The translations under genes and the position numbers were made by a program. Below are positions 29,666-39,085 of a DNA stretch of 64,000 nucleotides, one piece after another (position 1 is the stretch's first letter; each line of letters begins with the position of its first letter). Below the pieces are notes generated by a model. The model worked only from the letters and a program-made list of their open reading frames with translations, searched no databases and was not told the DNA's origin. The DNA comes from Myxococcota bacterium (GTDB taxonomy: Bacteria; Myxococcota; UBA4151). Where the stretch lies: the NCBI GenBank assembly GCA_036338695.1, contig JAYZBQ010000015.1, positions 32,001 to 96,000 on the forward strand, written 5' to 3'.

Positions 29666-31456
29666 ATGATGATGCATAGGTCGTTTTATTCGCTTGGCTT
29701 GACGGCGCTTCTCGCTGTGGCGGCTTGCTCTGAGGCTGAGCCGATCGGTCCGGGCGACGGTGGACCGCTTGTTGATGCTGCGACGCCGATGGATACGGGG
29801 GATCCCTGTAGCCAAGAGAACATGCAGAGTGATCCCGACAATTGTGGCTCCTGCGGCAACCGTTGTGTCCTCTTTGGCGCGGACGCCGTCTGCGAAGAGG
29901 GTGCGTGTGGTCTCGGAGCCTGCCGCGCCGGATACGTTGACCTGAACGGCGACCCGAGCGACGGCTGTGAGTATCAATGTGAAGTGACCGACCCCCTCGA
30001 TCCGATCGATGAGCTGGGGCGGGACGAAAACTGCGACGGCTTCGACGGTCTCCTGAGTCAGTTGATTTTCGTGAGTCCGAGCGGGGATGATGGCGCCGAC
30101 GGCTCCCAAGCCGAGCCGGTTGCGAGCTTCGCCGCTGCGCTTGAGCTCGTGGAGCCAGAGGGTAACCGTCGAGCGATCGTGATCGCCGAGGGGACGTACA
30201 GCCTGGACGGTATTGGGCAGGTGCCGGCAGGTGTGTCCTTGCACGGTGGGTTTCGTAACGATGGTCGCTGGACCCGCGACGCCGAGGCGCGTGCGACCTT
30301 CGGTGAGACGGTGGCGCCGTTGGTCATCGGTGGTGGATCGGGTGTGACGATCGAGGGGCTTGAGCTGAGCACGCAGAGTCGCGACGTCGATCGTGACGGA
30401 CCGGGCGCTGCGGCGGTGGGCTTAGTGATCCGCAATGGCACGGGGGTGCGTGGGCACAACCTGATCGTGCGTGCTGGGCAGGGGAGCGACGGCGTCGCTG
30501 GCCGTCCCGGGCTAGACGGCGCTGTCGGCGGCAACGGCGGACGCGGCGGAAACGGCTGTGAGGACTCGAGCGGGATCTGTGACAGCTGCGATCGCCCACG
30601 TGGCGGAACCGGTGGTTCCAGCCCTTGCGGTAGCTCCGGAGGTGCCGGCGGCACACCCGGCAAAGGCGAGGGCAACGGCTCGGCGGGTGCCAGCGGTGCG
30701 CCGGGGCTCGGTGAGGCTGCGGAGGGCTTTCCAGAGGGTGAAAACGGCGCCGGCGGAGCCGCAGGCCAGGCAGGCGGCGGTTTTCAGAGCGGCGGTCAAG
30801 GAGGCGTTGGCGCAACCGGCGCCGCGGGTACGGACGGCGCCGGTGGCGCCGAGGCGGGTCGTTTTGAAGAGTTGACCTATCAGCCTGCCTCTGGAGAAGC
30901 CGGTGGTGTCGGCGGCGCTGGCGGCGGCGGGGCTGGCGGCGGCGGCGGCGGCGGCGGCGGGCGTGGTTGGGCTTGTGATCGCTACGGCGGCGCCGCAGGC
31001 GGTGGCGGTGGCGGCGGTTGCGGCGGAACGGGCGGCGGCGCGGGATCGGGCGGTGGTGCCTCGGTTGCGCTGCTGGTGCTGTCCGGGTCCCCGCAGCTGA
31101 CCCTCTCGACCTTTACGACGCTCGGTGGCGGCGCAGGGGCACCTGGTGCGCTCGGCGGCCTTGGCGGCGCAGGGGGCGACGGGGGTGACGGCGGAAATCG
31201 CTCAGACGACTCGGGCGCAGGCGGAACCGGCGGCAACGGTGGAGACGGCGGCTTGGGCGGAACCGGCGGTTCAGGCGGCGGGGGCCCAAGCATCGGTGTT
31301 TGGCTAGCCGATGGCTCGCAAGGGCAGGTCGCGAGCTGTATCTTTGAGCTGGGTCGAGGTGGCGAGGGGGGATTAGGCGCCACGCGCAGCCAGGACGCAG
31401 AGCCCGTCAACTCAGGCGCCGCTGGTTTGAGTGTATCGGTGTACTCGGCTCCGTGA
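29666..31456 (+). CDS. Lipoprotein with Cys-rich repeats, DUF1565-like beta-helix and glycine-rich region
   Basis: Lipobox VAAC; D..NCGSCGN.C; DENCDGFDG; IFVSPSGDD; long GGxGGxG tracts with embedded Cys. Confidence 0.78.
   Translation: MMMHRSFYSLGLTALLAVAACSEAEPIGPGDGGPLVDAATPMDTGDPCSQENMQSDPDNCGSCGNRCVLFGADAVCEEGACGLGACRAGYVDLNGDPSDGCEYQCEVTDPLDPIDELGRDENCDGFDGLLSQLIFVSPSGDDGADGSQAEPVASFAAALELVEPEGNRRAIVIAEGTYSLDGIGQVPAGVSLHGGFRNDGRWTRDAEARATFGETVAPLVIGGGSGVTIEGLELSTQSRDVDRDGPGAAAVGLVIRNGTGVRGHNLIVRAGQGSDGVAGRPGLDGAVGGNGGRGGNGCEDSSGICDSCDRPRGGTGGSSPCGSSGGAGGTPGKGEGNGSAGASGAPGLGEAAEGFPEGENGAGGAAGQAGGGFQSGGQGGVGATGAAGTDGAGGAEAGRFEELTYQPASGEAGGVGGAGGGGAGGGGGGGGGRGWACDRYGGAAGGGGGGGCGGTGGGAGSGGGASVALLVLSGSPQLTLSTFTTLGGGAGAPGALGGLGGAGGDGGDGGNRSDDSGAGGTGGNGGDGGLGGTGGSGGGGPSIGVWLADGSQGQVASCIFELGRGGEGGLGATRSQDAEPVNSGAAGLSVSVYSAP
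30935..30958 (+). repeat. (GGC)8 in-frame microsatellite
   Basis: Eight perfect GGC units encoding poly-Gly. Confidence 0.9.
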
Positions 31457-32364
31457 TCGTCGGTATCGACGAGGTCGGGCGCGGCCCGTTAGCGGGCCCC
31501 GTCGTCGCCTGTGCGCTCCGCCAAGACCCTCGCCTCGACGGGCTTGAGTGGGCGGACTCAAAGGCGCTCTCTTCGGAGCAGCGCCAGAGCTTCTTGAGCA
31601 GGTTGCAGGGCTTGGGTATCCCGCACGAGCTCGGGCAATGTGACGCCGCGGAGGTGGATGCCCTCAACATACTTCAAGCGACCTTCTTGGCGATGCGTCG
31701 TGCGGTCGAGCGGCTTGAGCGAGCGACTGGCGAGCGGGTGGAGCACGCGCTGGTCGACGGACCGCACGATCCTGGCCTCAGCTGCGCCGTGACGACGGTG
31801 GTGAAGGGGGACGCTCAGGTCCCGTGCATCGGGGCGGCCTCGATCGTGGCCAAGGAGGCGCGTGATCAACAGATGATTACTCTAGCGGACCAGTTCCCTG
31901 CTTATGGTCTGGATCGTCACAAAGGCTACGGAACCGCTGAACACCTCGAAGCGCTGGCTCAGAAGGGGCCGTGCCCTGAGCATCGCCTCAGCTTCGCCCC
32001 GGTTCGCCGGGCGGTCGTCGCTGGGCGGCATCAGCGCGGCCGTGACGCCGAGGAACAAGCGGTCCGTCAGCTGGAGGCGGCGGGTCACGAGATCCTAGCT
32101 CGCAACTGGACGGGGCGGCGCGGTGAGCTCGATGTCGTCGCCGATAATGGGCTCGAACTCGTGGTCGTCGAGGTGCGGAGCCGATCGGATCAGGTCGACC
32201 CGCTCGAGACCTTGGTGAGCCGATCCAAGTGGGCGAGCATTCGTCGCGCAACGGACGAGTTTTTATATCGTTGCCGCCTCGAGGAGCGGTTCGTCCGATT
32301 TGATGTCGTGGGCGTGCACGGCGACCAACTCGAGTGGGTGGAGGACGCATGGCGACCGGCTTGA
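31453..32364 (+). CDS. rnhB: RNase HII fused to YraN (UPF0102) nuclease-like domain
   Basis: GIDEVGRGPLAGPVV, DSK, LVDG, KGD, AASIVAK, HKGYGT, HR.SF; continues in frame into G..AE..A...L...G.EIL.RNW....GELD...VEVR.R...RFDVV. Confidence 0.9.
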   Translation: MIVGIDEVGRGPLAGPVVACALRQDPRLDGLEWADSKALSSEQRQSFLSRLQGLGIPHELGQCDAAEVDALNILQATFLAMRRAVERLERATGERVEHALVDGPHDPGLSCAVTTVVKGDAQVPCIGAASIVAKEARDQQMITLADQFPAYGLDRHKGYGTAEHLEALAQKGPCPEHRLSFAPVRRAVVAGRHQRGRDAEEQAVRQLEAAGHEILARNWTGRRGELDVVADNGLELVVVEVRSRSDQVDPLETLVSRSKWASIRRATDEFLYRCRLEERFVRFDVVGVHGDQLEWVEDAWRPA

Positions 32365-33236
32365 GCGGAGACGCTTTGGTTGAGCTGGCGGCGCGCTCCG
32401 CGAGCGCTCCAGAGCAGGGCGTCTTGCATCTCATCGCAACGCCCATCGGACACCTCGGAGATCTGACGCTGCGGGCTGCCCGTTGCCTGGTCGAGGTGGA
32501 GACCTTGTACTGCGAGGACACGAGGGTCACCGCAAAGCTGCTGGGCGCGCTCGGCGCGCGGCGGCACCTGATCAGCCTCAACGAGCACAACGAGGAGGCG
32601 CGGATCGAGGCGGTGCTGGCCGATCTCGAAGCGGGGGGCTCGGTAGGGATCGCAAGTGACGCTGGGACGCCGCTGCTGAGTGATCCTGGTGCGCGCGTCG
32701 TCCAAGCGGCGATCCAGGCGGGGCATCGGGTGACGACGATCCCAGGCGCGTCCGCTGCGCTGAGCGCTTTGGTCCTCTCAGGCTTCCCCGCCGCGCCCTC
32801 TTTGTTTCTCGGCTTCGCGGCGCGCAAGCGGGGCCGGCTCGCTGAGCAGCTCGCACCCTTTGCTCGCGCACCGGTCACCCTCGTTTTGTTCGAAGCGCCA
32901 GGGCGGGTGACCTCGTTGCTTGAGAACCTGAGCGAACTGCTCGGAGACCGCTCGGTAGTCGTGGCGCGTGAGCTGACCAAGAAGCACGAGACCATGTATC
33001 GCGGCCGCCTGAGCCAGGTACCGGAGCTCAACGAGCGCGGGGAGATGGTGGTGGTGGTCGCACCGCCAGAGCCGGCCTTGGCGCTCGAAGGCGAGCGGCT
33101 TGATCAGGAGATCCTTCGCCTGATTGAGCAGGGTCACCGGCCGAAGTCGATCGCGAAGCTCCTCGCTGCTCAGGCGGACCAAAGGACGGTTTACGCGCGC
33201 TCCGTGGAACTGCGAGCTTGCTCGCAGCGCGAGTAG
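32349..33236 (+). CDS. rsmI: 16S rRNA (cytidine1402-2'-O)-methyltransferase
   Basis: ATPIG.L.D, CEDTR, SDAGTP.LSDPG, IPGASA, FEAP.R, ARELTKKHE, RGE. Confidence 0.95.
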   Translation: MATGLSGDALVELAARSASAPEQGVLHLIATPIGHLGDLTLRAARCLVEVETLYCEDTRVTAKLLGALGARRHLISLNEHNEEARIEAVLADLEAGGSVGIASDAGTPLLSDPGARVVQAAIQAGHRVTTIPGASAALSALVLSGFPAAPSLFLGFAARKRGRLAEQLAPFARAPVTLVLFEAPGRVTSLLENLSELLGDRSVVVARELTKKHETMYRGRLSQVPELNERGEMVVVVAPPEPALALEGERLDQEILRLIEQGHRPKSIAKLLAAQADQRTVYARSVELRACSQRE

Positions 33237-33252
33237 AGGTCAGACTCCAGGC

Positions 33253-36093
33253 ATGCTGTTTCGTTTGTCACTGTCGGTCATCTTCATGCTGTCGCTGTCG
33301 GCTTGCGGTGGGAGCCAGCCAGAGGTCTGCGAGACGCGCGGCTGCGGCGCCAATGAGGTCTGTACCCCAGCGGGGGCGTGCGAACCCATCGTCTGCACGC
33401 GCCACCAGTGCATTGATCTGAACACGGCGGGGACCTGCATCGGCCGCTTCAAGCTCGAGCCAAAACCGTGTGAGGATAATCAGCTCTGCCTGAACGCCCG
33501 CTGTCAGCTCGCAGCGTGTCAGCCGGGGCAATACCGATGCGCCCCGAATGGTGCGCGCGAACGCTGCTTGGACAACGGTCAGGGCTACAACGCAGCGCCT
33601 TGCGATGAGGGGACCGGGTGTTACGAGGGCGCGTGCCTTCCGATCAGCTGCACACGCGAGAGCAACAGCTGCCTCGATCTCGAGACCCTGTTGCAGTGCA
33701 ACGACACGGGAACGACGATGGAGCGCTACAGCTGTCAGAACGGGATGCGCTGCAGCAACGGCGCGTGCCGCCCGGTGATCTGCACCCCTGGCGAGCTGGG
33801 TTGCGCTTCGGGGCAGCACGTCGGGCGCTGTAATGAGGCGGGCACAGGCTGGGGTATCGAACAGCTCTGCGACCGCCGCGTGATGGCGCAATGCTATCAA
33901 GGCGCCTGTCGCTCTCGCTGTGATCTGGAAGGCGCCTCCGGGGCGTCCTATCTCGGCTGCTCGTATCGGCCGGTTGAGCTGCCCAATCTGCGAGGCCTCG
34001 GGCATGACGAGCACCCCTTCGCCGTGACGGTGGGGAACTCGTCCGAGCACCCTGCGCGCTTGAGCGTCCTTGAGCCCGGCAACCTGCATCAGGTCACTCA
34101 GCTCGCATGGCGTGCGCCGGTGCTCTGCGATGATGGAAACTGCACGGGCGCCAACAACCGAGAGCTCAACGGACTGGTGACGTCGGGGCGCGTGGGCGCT
34201 GCGCTGACGTTCTCGCCCGAGAACCTTCAGTCCGATTACGCGACGTCGGCGTGGTACGGGGTGGACTGCCCCGATGGCGACGGGCGCTGCGCCTTGCGCG
34301 CCGATGTCGCCGGCGGGTCGCTGGGCGATCTTCGCCTGACCAATCGCGAGACCTGCGTGATCGGCGACGTGAGCTTGACGGGGCCGTGTTTCGTGACCGA
34401 GGAGCCGGTGGAGTTGTCGATCGGGTGGGGTGACCAGCGGTTGGATCTGCTCGAGGCGCACGTCGCGGGCCGGCTCAATCGAGGTCGAGACCAAGTGACC
34501 GAAGGGCGGATCGTTGGGCTGCTGACCGAGACTGCAGCGCGCCGAATTATTTTGCCGGCTACGGACAATCGCCCCCGGCGTGCGCTCGCTCTCGTTCTGG
34601 ACCCGAGCGGCTTTAGTGAAGGGTCCGACGAGTCGCCACCAGGCTGGCGCGTCGAGCTCGGGTTTACGACGCAGCGCCGAGCGGGCGAGCTGCCTGCGCG
34701 GAGCATCTCGCGGCGACAACTCAGCGCCTGGGTTCCGGCGCTGGGCGGACAGATCGATGCCGAGGTGCGATCGGAAGTGTTGACCGCAGACGGCGCCTCG
34801 CAAGGCCGGCTGACCGGGCCGGTTCAGCAGGTCGTCGTCCCCTCGGGGGCGAGCGGGATCTTCCTGCTGCGCTCCGAGCGCCGTGCCTCTGTGGGGCTCG
34901 AGGCTGCCGGTTTCAGGGTGGTCTCTTCGGTTCCGGTCAGCGCGTTTCAGTTCAACCCACTGTGCTGCAACTTTAACTACTCGAACGATGCCAGCCTGCT
35001 GTTGCCAGACCAGGCTGCGGGGACCGACTACGTGGTCATGAGCCAGCCTCACTTCGCCGACCGATCTGGGTTCTTCTCGCTCGTGGCGCTGGGTGATGGG
35101 ACGGAGGTTGAGATCACGCTGCCCCCGTCGCTGCGTGGGCGAGCCCACACGGCGGTCGATACGGGCGGTGTGATCGACTTTGACGAACAGGGCGTGGGGC
35201 GCGCAACGGTCAATGCGTACCAGAGCTTGACCGTGCGCACTCGCTTGGACAACCCGATCCCCGACCTGAGCGGCGCTCGGATCCGCTCTCAAGGGGGCGG
35301 CGTCCTCGTCTATGCTGGGCACGAGGCGATGCAGGTACCGAGCGCCATGACGGCGCCCGATCACCTCGAGGAGATGATCCCGCCTCTTGACACATGGGGC
35401 AGAGCCTTTGTCGTTGCGCGCCCGGTGCTCCGCAATCCGGACTTTGAGGAAGAGCGGACGTACTATCGCCTGCTCGCTGGACCCAACGGTGCTCGGGTGC
35501 GGATGATCGGCGGTGAGGATGGACTGCATGGTCCAGCTTCGCTCGGAGCGACCGACTGCCGGTCGCTTATGGACGAGCAGGGGTTGATCGTTTTGAGTCC
35601 GCTGGAGGTCTGCGGGATGGGTGTGCGCAGCGATTTTCGTTTAGAATCGGATCGAGCCTTATTGGTCGGTCAGCTTTTGGCGGGTCAGGAGGCGACGGGG
35701 TTGACCTTGCGCGACGCCGCAGGTGATCCGAGCTTCTCCATCCTGCCACCCGTCGATCAGCTGCGCTCCGAGTATCTGTTTACGATCCCGCCGACCTACG
35801 CTCGTGACTATGTGACGGTCGCAGCGCCGGCGAGCGCGCTGCTGATGCTCAATGGGGTCGCCGTCGACCTCGTCGCCATGGGGGATCCGAGCCGTGAGCC
35901 GTATCTTGTCGAGCCCCCGGTGGCGATCGGGGAGTCGTCTTGGGTGCGGATGACCATCCGCATCGGCGATGGCGCTCAGCGGCTCGAGAGTACGGACCCG
36001 ACGCTGCGTTTCTCCGCCATGGTGTATGCCTTTGACACCTTCGTCAGCTACGCCTTCCCAGGGGGTATGAACTTGGCGAAGGGCGCAAACTAA
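33253..36093 (+). CDS. Lipoprotein with Cys-rich repeats and IgGFc-binding-like domain
   Basis: Lipobox LSAC; C.PG...C repeats; SYLGC; FQFNPL...SNDASLLLP; DHLEEM.PP..TWG; GDPS...LPP..Q.R..Y; SYAFPGG. Confidence 0.82.
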   Translation: MLFRLSLSVIFMLSLSACGGSQPEVCETRGCGANEVCTPAGACEPIVCTRHQCIDLNTAGTCIGRFKLEPKPCEDNQLCLNARCQLAACQPGQYRCAPNGARERCLDNGQGYNAAPCDEGTGCYEGACLPISCTRESNSCLDLETLLQCNDTGTTMERYSCQNGMRCSNGACRPVICTPGELGCASGQHVGRCNEAGTGWGIEQLCDRRVMAQCYQGACRSRCDLEGASGASYLGCSYRPVELPNLRGLGHDEHPFAVTVGNSSEHPARLSVLEPGNLHQVTQLAWRAPVLCDDGNCTGANNRELNGLVTSGRVGAALTFSPENLQSDYATSAWYGVDCPDGDGRCALRADVAGGSLGDLRLTNRETCVIGDVSLTGPCFVTEEPVELSIGWGDQRLDLLEAHVAGRLNRGRDQVTEGRIVGLLTETAARRIILPATDNRPRRALALVLDPSGFSEGSDESPPGWRVELGFTTQRRAGELPARSISRRQLSAWVPALGGQIDAEVRSEVLTADGASQGRLTGPVQQVVVPSGASGIFLLRSERRASVGLEAAGFRVVSSVPVSAFQFNPLCCNFNYSNDASLLLPDQAAGTDYVVMSQPHFADRSGFFSLVALGDGTEVEITLPPSLRGRAHTAVDTGGVIDFDEQGVGRATVNAYQSLTVRTRLDNPIPDLSGARIRSQGGGVLVYAGHEAMQVPSAMTAPDHLEEMIPPLDTWGRAFVVARPVLRNPDFEEERTYYRLLAGPNGARVRMIGGEDGLHGPASLGATDCRSLMDEQGLIVLSPLEVCGMGVRSDFRLESDRALLVGQLLAGQEATGLTLRDAAGDPSFSILPPVDQLRSEYLFTIPPTYARDYVTVAAPASALLMLNGVAVDLVAMGDPSREPYLVEPPVAIGESSWVRMTIRIGDGAQRLESTDPTLRFSAMVYAFDTFVSYAFPGGMNLAKGAN

Positions 36094-36110
36094 GCCAGCG
36101 GCTGCGCCGC

Positions 36111-36914
36111 TTAGCGGTGCCCGAACAGGACCGGAGCATCGGTCTCAAGGTTCGGGTCATCAGCGGGGTCATAAAAGAGCCCAGCCTCCACGAGGACGGC
36201 GCTTGCTGGGGTGTCGGTCGCTAAGCAGGCGAGCACGAAATTGTCAGGGTCATCGTCACCAAGCGCCAGCGGCTCAATGACGGCTCCATCCGAGAGGGTC
36301 ACGTGGACGCCGGCTCGCTGCGCATCGCTCAAGGCGGAAGCGCCTGGACCGCTCACCCCTCCGTCCCAGACCAGCTGGATGATCTGCTGCGTGTCGGCAG
36401 GGCACTCGCCTTCAAAGGCTGGCGTAGCGGGTGAGAAGCGCTCAGCGAGCACCAGGCTCGGCCCCGCCGACAGCGGCGTGATCCGATCGGTTCGAGCGCC
36501 GGTCAGTGCCGCGCCGCGCTGGTCCATGAGAAACCCGGTGACATCGACCGCAACAGGAGGGCGATCGCTCGAGCCGAACTCGCCCGCAAGGAGCACCGTG
36601 CGCTGCTCGAGCGATTCTGTGGCGGGTCGAAGCGTCGCACAGGTAGGGATGACCGAATCGCCTGTTGCGGTAAGAACACGAAAGTCCTCAGGGTCGAGCG
36701 TGTCGGGATCGATACGGACCGAGAAGGTGATCGGCATCCCGTCCTGGCCGCCGACCCACGCCTCGCAGGGGAACAGAGCGAACCAAGGCAGCTCATCGAG
36801 CCCGTGGTAGGCTGCGAGGATCTCTCCGCCCGATGCGCTGACAGGGCGCGCATCCGGGACCGACATGAGGCTGCAGCCCACCAGCAGCGAACAGATCAAC
36901 ACCCGCGCCGTCAT
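36111..36914 (-). CDS. Hypothetical secreted/lipoprotein
   Basis: Signal peptide LLVGC; fills the gap between convergent and divergent genes; acidic motifs (DGMP, GDDDPDN). Confidence 0.65.
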   Translation of the reverse strand: MTARVLICSLLVGCSLMSVPDARPVSASGGEILAAYHGLDELPWFALFPCEAWVGGQDGMPITFSVRIDPDTLDPEDFRVLTATGDSVIPTCATLRPATESLEQRTVLLAGEFGSSDRPPVAVDVTGFLMDQRGAALTGARTDRITPLSAGPSLVLAERFSPATPAFEGECPADTQQIIQLVWDGGVSGPGASALSDAQRAGVHVTLSDGAVIEPLALGDDDPDNFVLACLATDTPASAVLVEAGLFYDPADDPNLETDAPVLFGHR

Positions 36915-36958
36915 CGATGCGTGACCCCCGCTTTGAGCCTGTCGGCGATTATCTCAAC

Positions 36959-36981
36959 GGTCAACACGCTTGAAGTTGACC
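36959..36981. promoter_or_regulatory. Inverted repeat, candidate operator or back-to-back -35 boxes
   Basis: GGTCAAC-N9-GTTGACC in the divergent intergenic region, 50 nt upstream of the thiolase ATG. Confidence 0.4.
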
Positions 36982-37031
36982 CGCCTCCTGCGATGCGCCA
37001 CGAAGCGTAGCCAAACAGACTAGGAGCCGCC

Positions 37032-38222
37032 ATGCGCGAAGTCGTCATCGTCGCCGCCCGTCGTACACCGATGGGGTCCTTCCAAGGGGCGCTCTCGAGC
37101 GTGCCTGCGACCACGCTCGGTGGGATCGCCATCAGCGCGTGCCTGGAGCGCTCAGGCGTTTCTGCCGATGCGGTCGATGAGGTGTTCATGGGCATGGTCT
37201 TGCCTGCAGGCGCCGGTCAGGCTCCGGCGCGGCAAGCGGCGCTGGCGGCGGGCTTACCCCAAGCCGTGCCGTGCACCACCGTGAACAAGGTCTGCGGCTC
37301 AGGCTTGCGCACGGTGATGCTCGGAGCGAGCTCGATCGCAGCCGGCGACAACGACGTGGTCGTGGCAGGTGGCATGGAGAACATGAGCTCGGCGCCTTAT
37401 CTGTTGCCCAAGGCACGCGACGGCTACCGCATGGGTCATGGCAAAGTGATCGACTCGATGGTGCACGATGGGCTGTGGGACCCTTACTCCAATTTTCACA
37501 TGGGCAACGCAGGCGAAGTCTGCGCCCGAGAGCGCTCGATCTCCCGAGAGCGACAAGATGCGTTTGCCGCGGAGAGTTACCGGCGGGCTCAAGAGGCGGT
37601 GACCTCGGGTGCGTTCGCTGAAGAGATCGTCCCGGTGACGGTCAAGGGGCGGCGCGGCGACACCGTGGTTGAGGCGGACGAAGAGCCAGGACGCGGCAAG
37701 ATCGACAAGCTGCCGGCGCTGCGCCCAGCCTTTGATAAAGAGGGCTCGATTACGGCGGGTAACGCCTCGACCATCAACGATGGCGCCGCTGCGGTGATTC
37801 TCGCTGCGCGGGAGGTCGCCGAGGCGAAGGGCTGGCCGATTTTGGCGAGCATCGTGAGCCAATCCGGTCACGCGCAGGATCCCACCTGGTTCACGACGGC
37901 GCCTGAAGGGGCGGTCCGCAAAGCCTGTGCGCGCGCCGGCATCGACGCAGCCGACATCGACCTGCACGAGATCAACGAAGCCTTCGCGCTGGTCTCGCTC
38001 GTCAACATGGACGGGCTTGGGCTCGGTCATGAGACGGTCAACGTGAAAGGGGGCGCCGTGGCGCTCGGTCACCCGATCGGTGCGAGCGGATGCCGGATCC
38101 TCGTGACCTTGCTGCATAATCTCAAAGACCACCAAAAGAGCACGGGCTGCGCGTCGTTGTGTATCGGGGGTGGTGAAGCCGTTGCGCTGGTGGTTCGGCG
38201 CGAAGCAGACTGGAGCTCGTGA
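37032..38222 (+). CDS. Acetyl-CoA C-acetyltransferase (thiolase)
   Basis: NKVCGSG, GGMENMS, TAGNAS.INDGAAA, EINEAF, GHPIGASG, CIGGG; AGGAG RBS. Confidence 0.96.
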   Translation: MREVVIVAARRTPMGSFQGALSSVPATTLGGIAISACLERSGVSADAVDEVFMGMVLPAGAGQAPARQAALAAGLPQAVPCTTVNKVCGSGLRTVMLGASSIAAGDNDVVVAGGMENMSSAPYLLPKARDGYRMGHGKVIDSMVHDGLWDPYSNFHMGNAGEVCARERSISRERQDAFAAESYRRAQEAVTSGAFAEEIVPVTVKGRRGDTVVEADEEPGRGKIDKLPALRPAFDKEGSITAGNASTINDGAAAVILAAREVAEAKGWPILASIVSQSGHAQDPTWFTTAPEGAVRKACARAGIDAADIDLHEINEAFALVSLVNMDGLGLGHETVNVKGGAVALGHPIGASGCRILVTLLHNLKDHQKSTGCASLCIGGGEAVALVVRREADWSS

Positions 38223-39082
38223 TGACGACGATTAAGACCTTAGGCGTCGTGGGCGCAGGACAGATGGGGAACGGTATCGCCCAGGTGGCGGCGGGGATCG
38301 GCCTTGAGGTGATCATGGTGGATCTCAACCCGGAGGCTTGCGCCAAGGGGAAGGCGACCATCGAGAAGTCGTTGGCGCGTTTCGTACGCAAGGAGAAGAT
38401 GACGCAAGCGCAAGCGGATCAGGTCGCCGCACGGGTGACGACCTCGAGTGAGCTCGAGTCGCTGAGCGCAGCGGATCTGGTGGTTGAGGCGATTATTGAG
38501 GACGAGGGGATTAAGCGGTCGCTGTTCGCTCAGCTGGACACGATCTGTCGCCCCGAGGTGATCCTTGCATCCAACAACAGCTCGATCTCGATCACTCGGA
38601 TCGCAGCTGCGACGACGCGCCCCGAGCGGGTTGTCGGGATGCACTTTATGAACCCGGTGCCGATCATGAAGCTCGTCGAGATCATCCGAGGGATCGCGAC
38701 GTCCGACGAGACCTTTGAGACCACCCGAGCGCTCGCTGAGCGGATGGGGAAGGTGATCAGCGGCTCGAAGGATTACCCTGGGTTCATCGTGAACCGTATC
38801 TTGATGCCCATGATCAACGAAGCCTTCTACGCTCTGTACGAGGGGATCGGCAGCGCCGAGGACATCGACTCAGGGATGAAATATGGAACAAATCAGCCGA
38901 TGGGCCCCTTAACGCTTGCGGACTTTATCGGCTTGGACACCTGCTTAGCGATCATGCGTGTCCTGCACGAGGGCTTGGGAGACGCTAAGTACAGACCTTG
39001 CCCGCTGCTGGTGCAGTACGTGGACGCGGGTTGGTATGGTCGCAAGTCCGGGCGCGGCGTTTACAACTATGCGGAAGGCTAA
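38219..39082 (+). CDS. hbd: 3-hydroxybutyryl-CoA dehydrogenase
   Basis: GAGQMGNGIAQ, VEAIIE, GMHFMNPVP, PGFIVNR, PMGPL.LADFIGLD, GRKSGRG. Confidence 0.94.
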   Translation: MMTTIKTLGVVGAGQMGNGIAQVAAGIGLEVIMVDLNPEACAKGKATIEKSLARFVRKEKMTQAQADQVAARVTTSSELESLSAADLVVEAIIEDEGIKRSLFAQLDTICRPEVILASNNSSISITRIAAATTRPERVVGMHFMNPVPIMKLVEIIRGIATSDETFETTRALAERMGKVISGSKDYPGFIVNRILMPMINEAFYALYEGIGSAEDIDSGMKYGTNQPMGPLTLADFIGLDTCLAIMRVLHEGLGDAKYRPCPLLVQYVDAGWYGRKSGRGVYNYAEG

Positions 39083-39085
39083 ATC

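Noticed and set aside
36940..36961. Mycobacterial PafBC-type motif TGTCGG-N10-TANNNT (also near 45752)
   Set aside because: The second half mismatches at both sites, and the downstream genes are not DNA-repair genes
38567..38590. hbd motif reads SNNSS instead of SNTSS
   Set aside because: Single substitution; all other catalytic motifs are intact, so it is not evidence of a pseudogene
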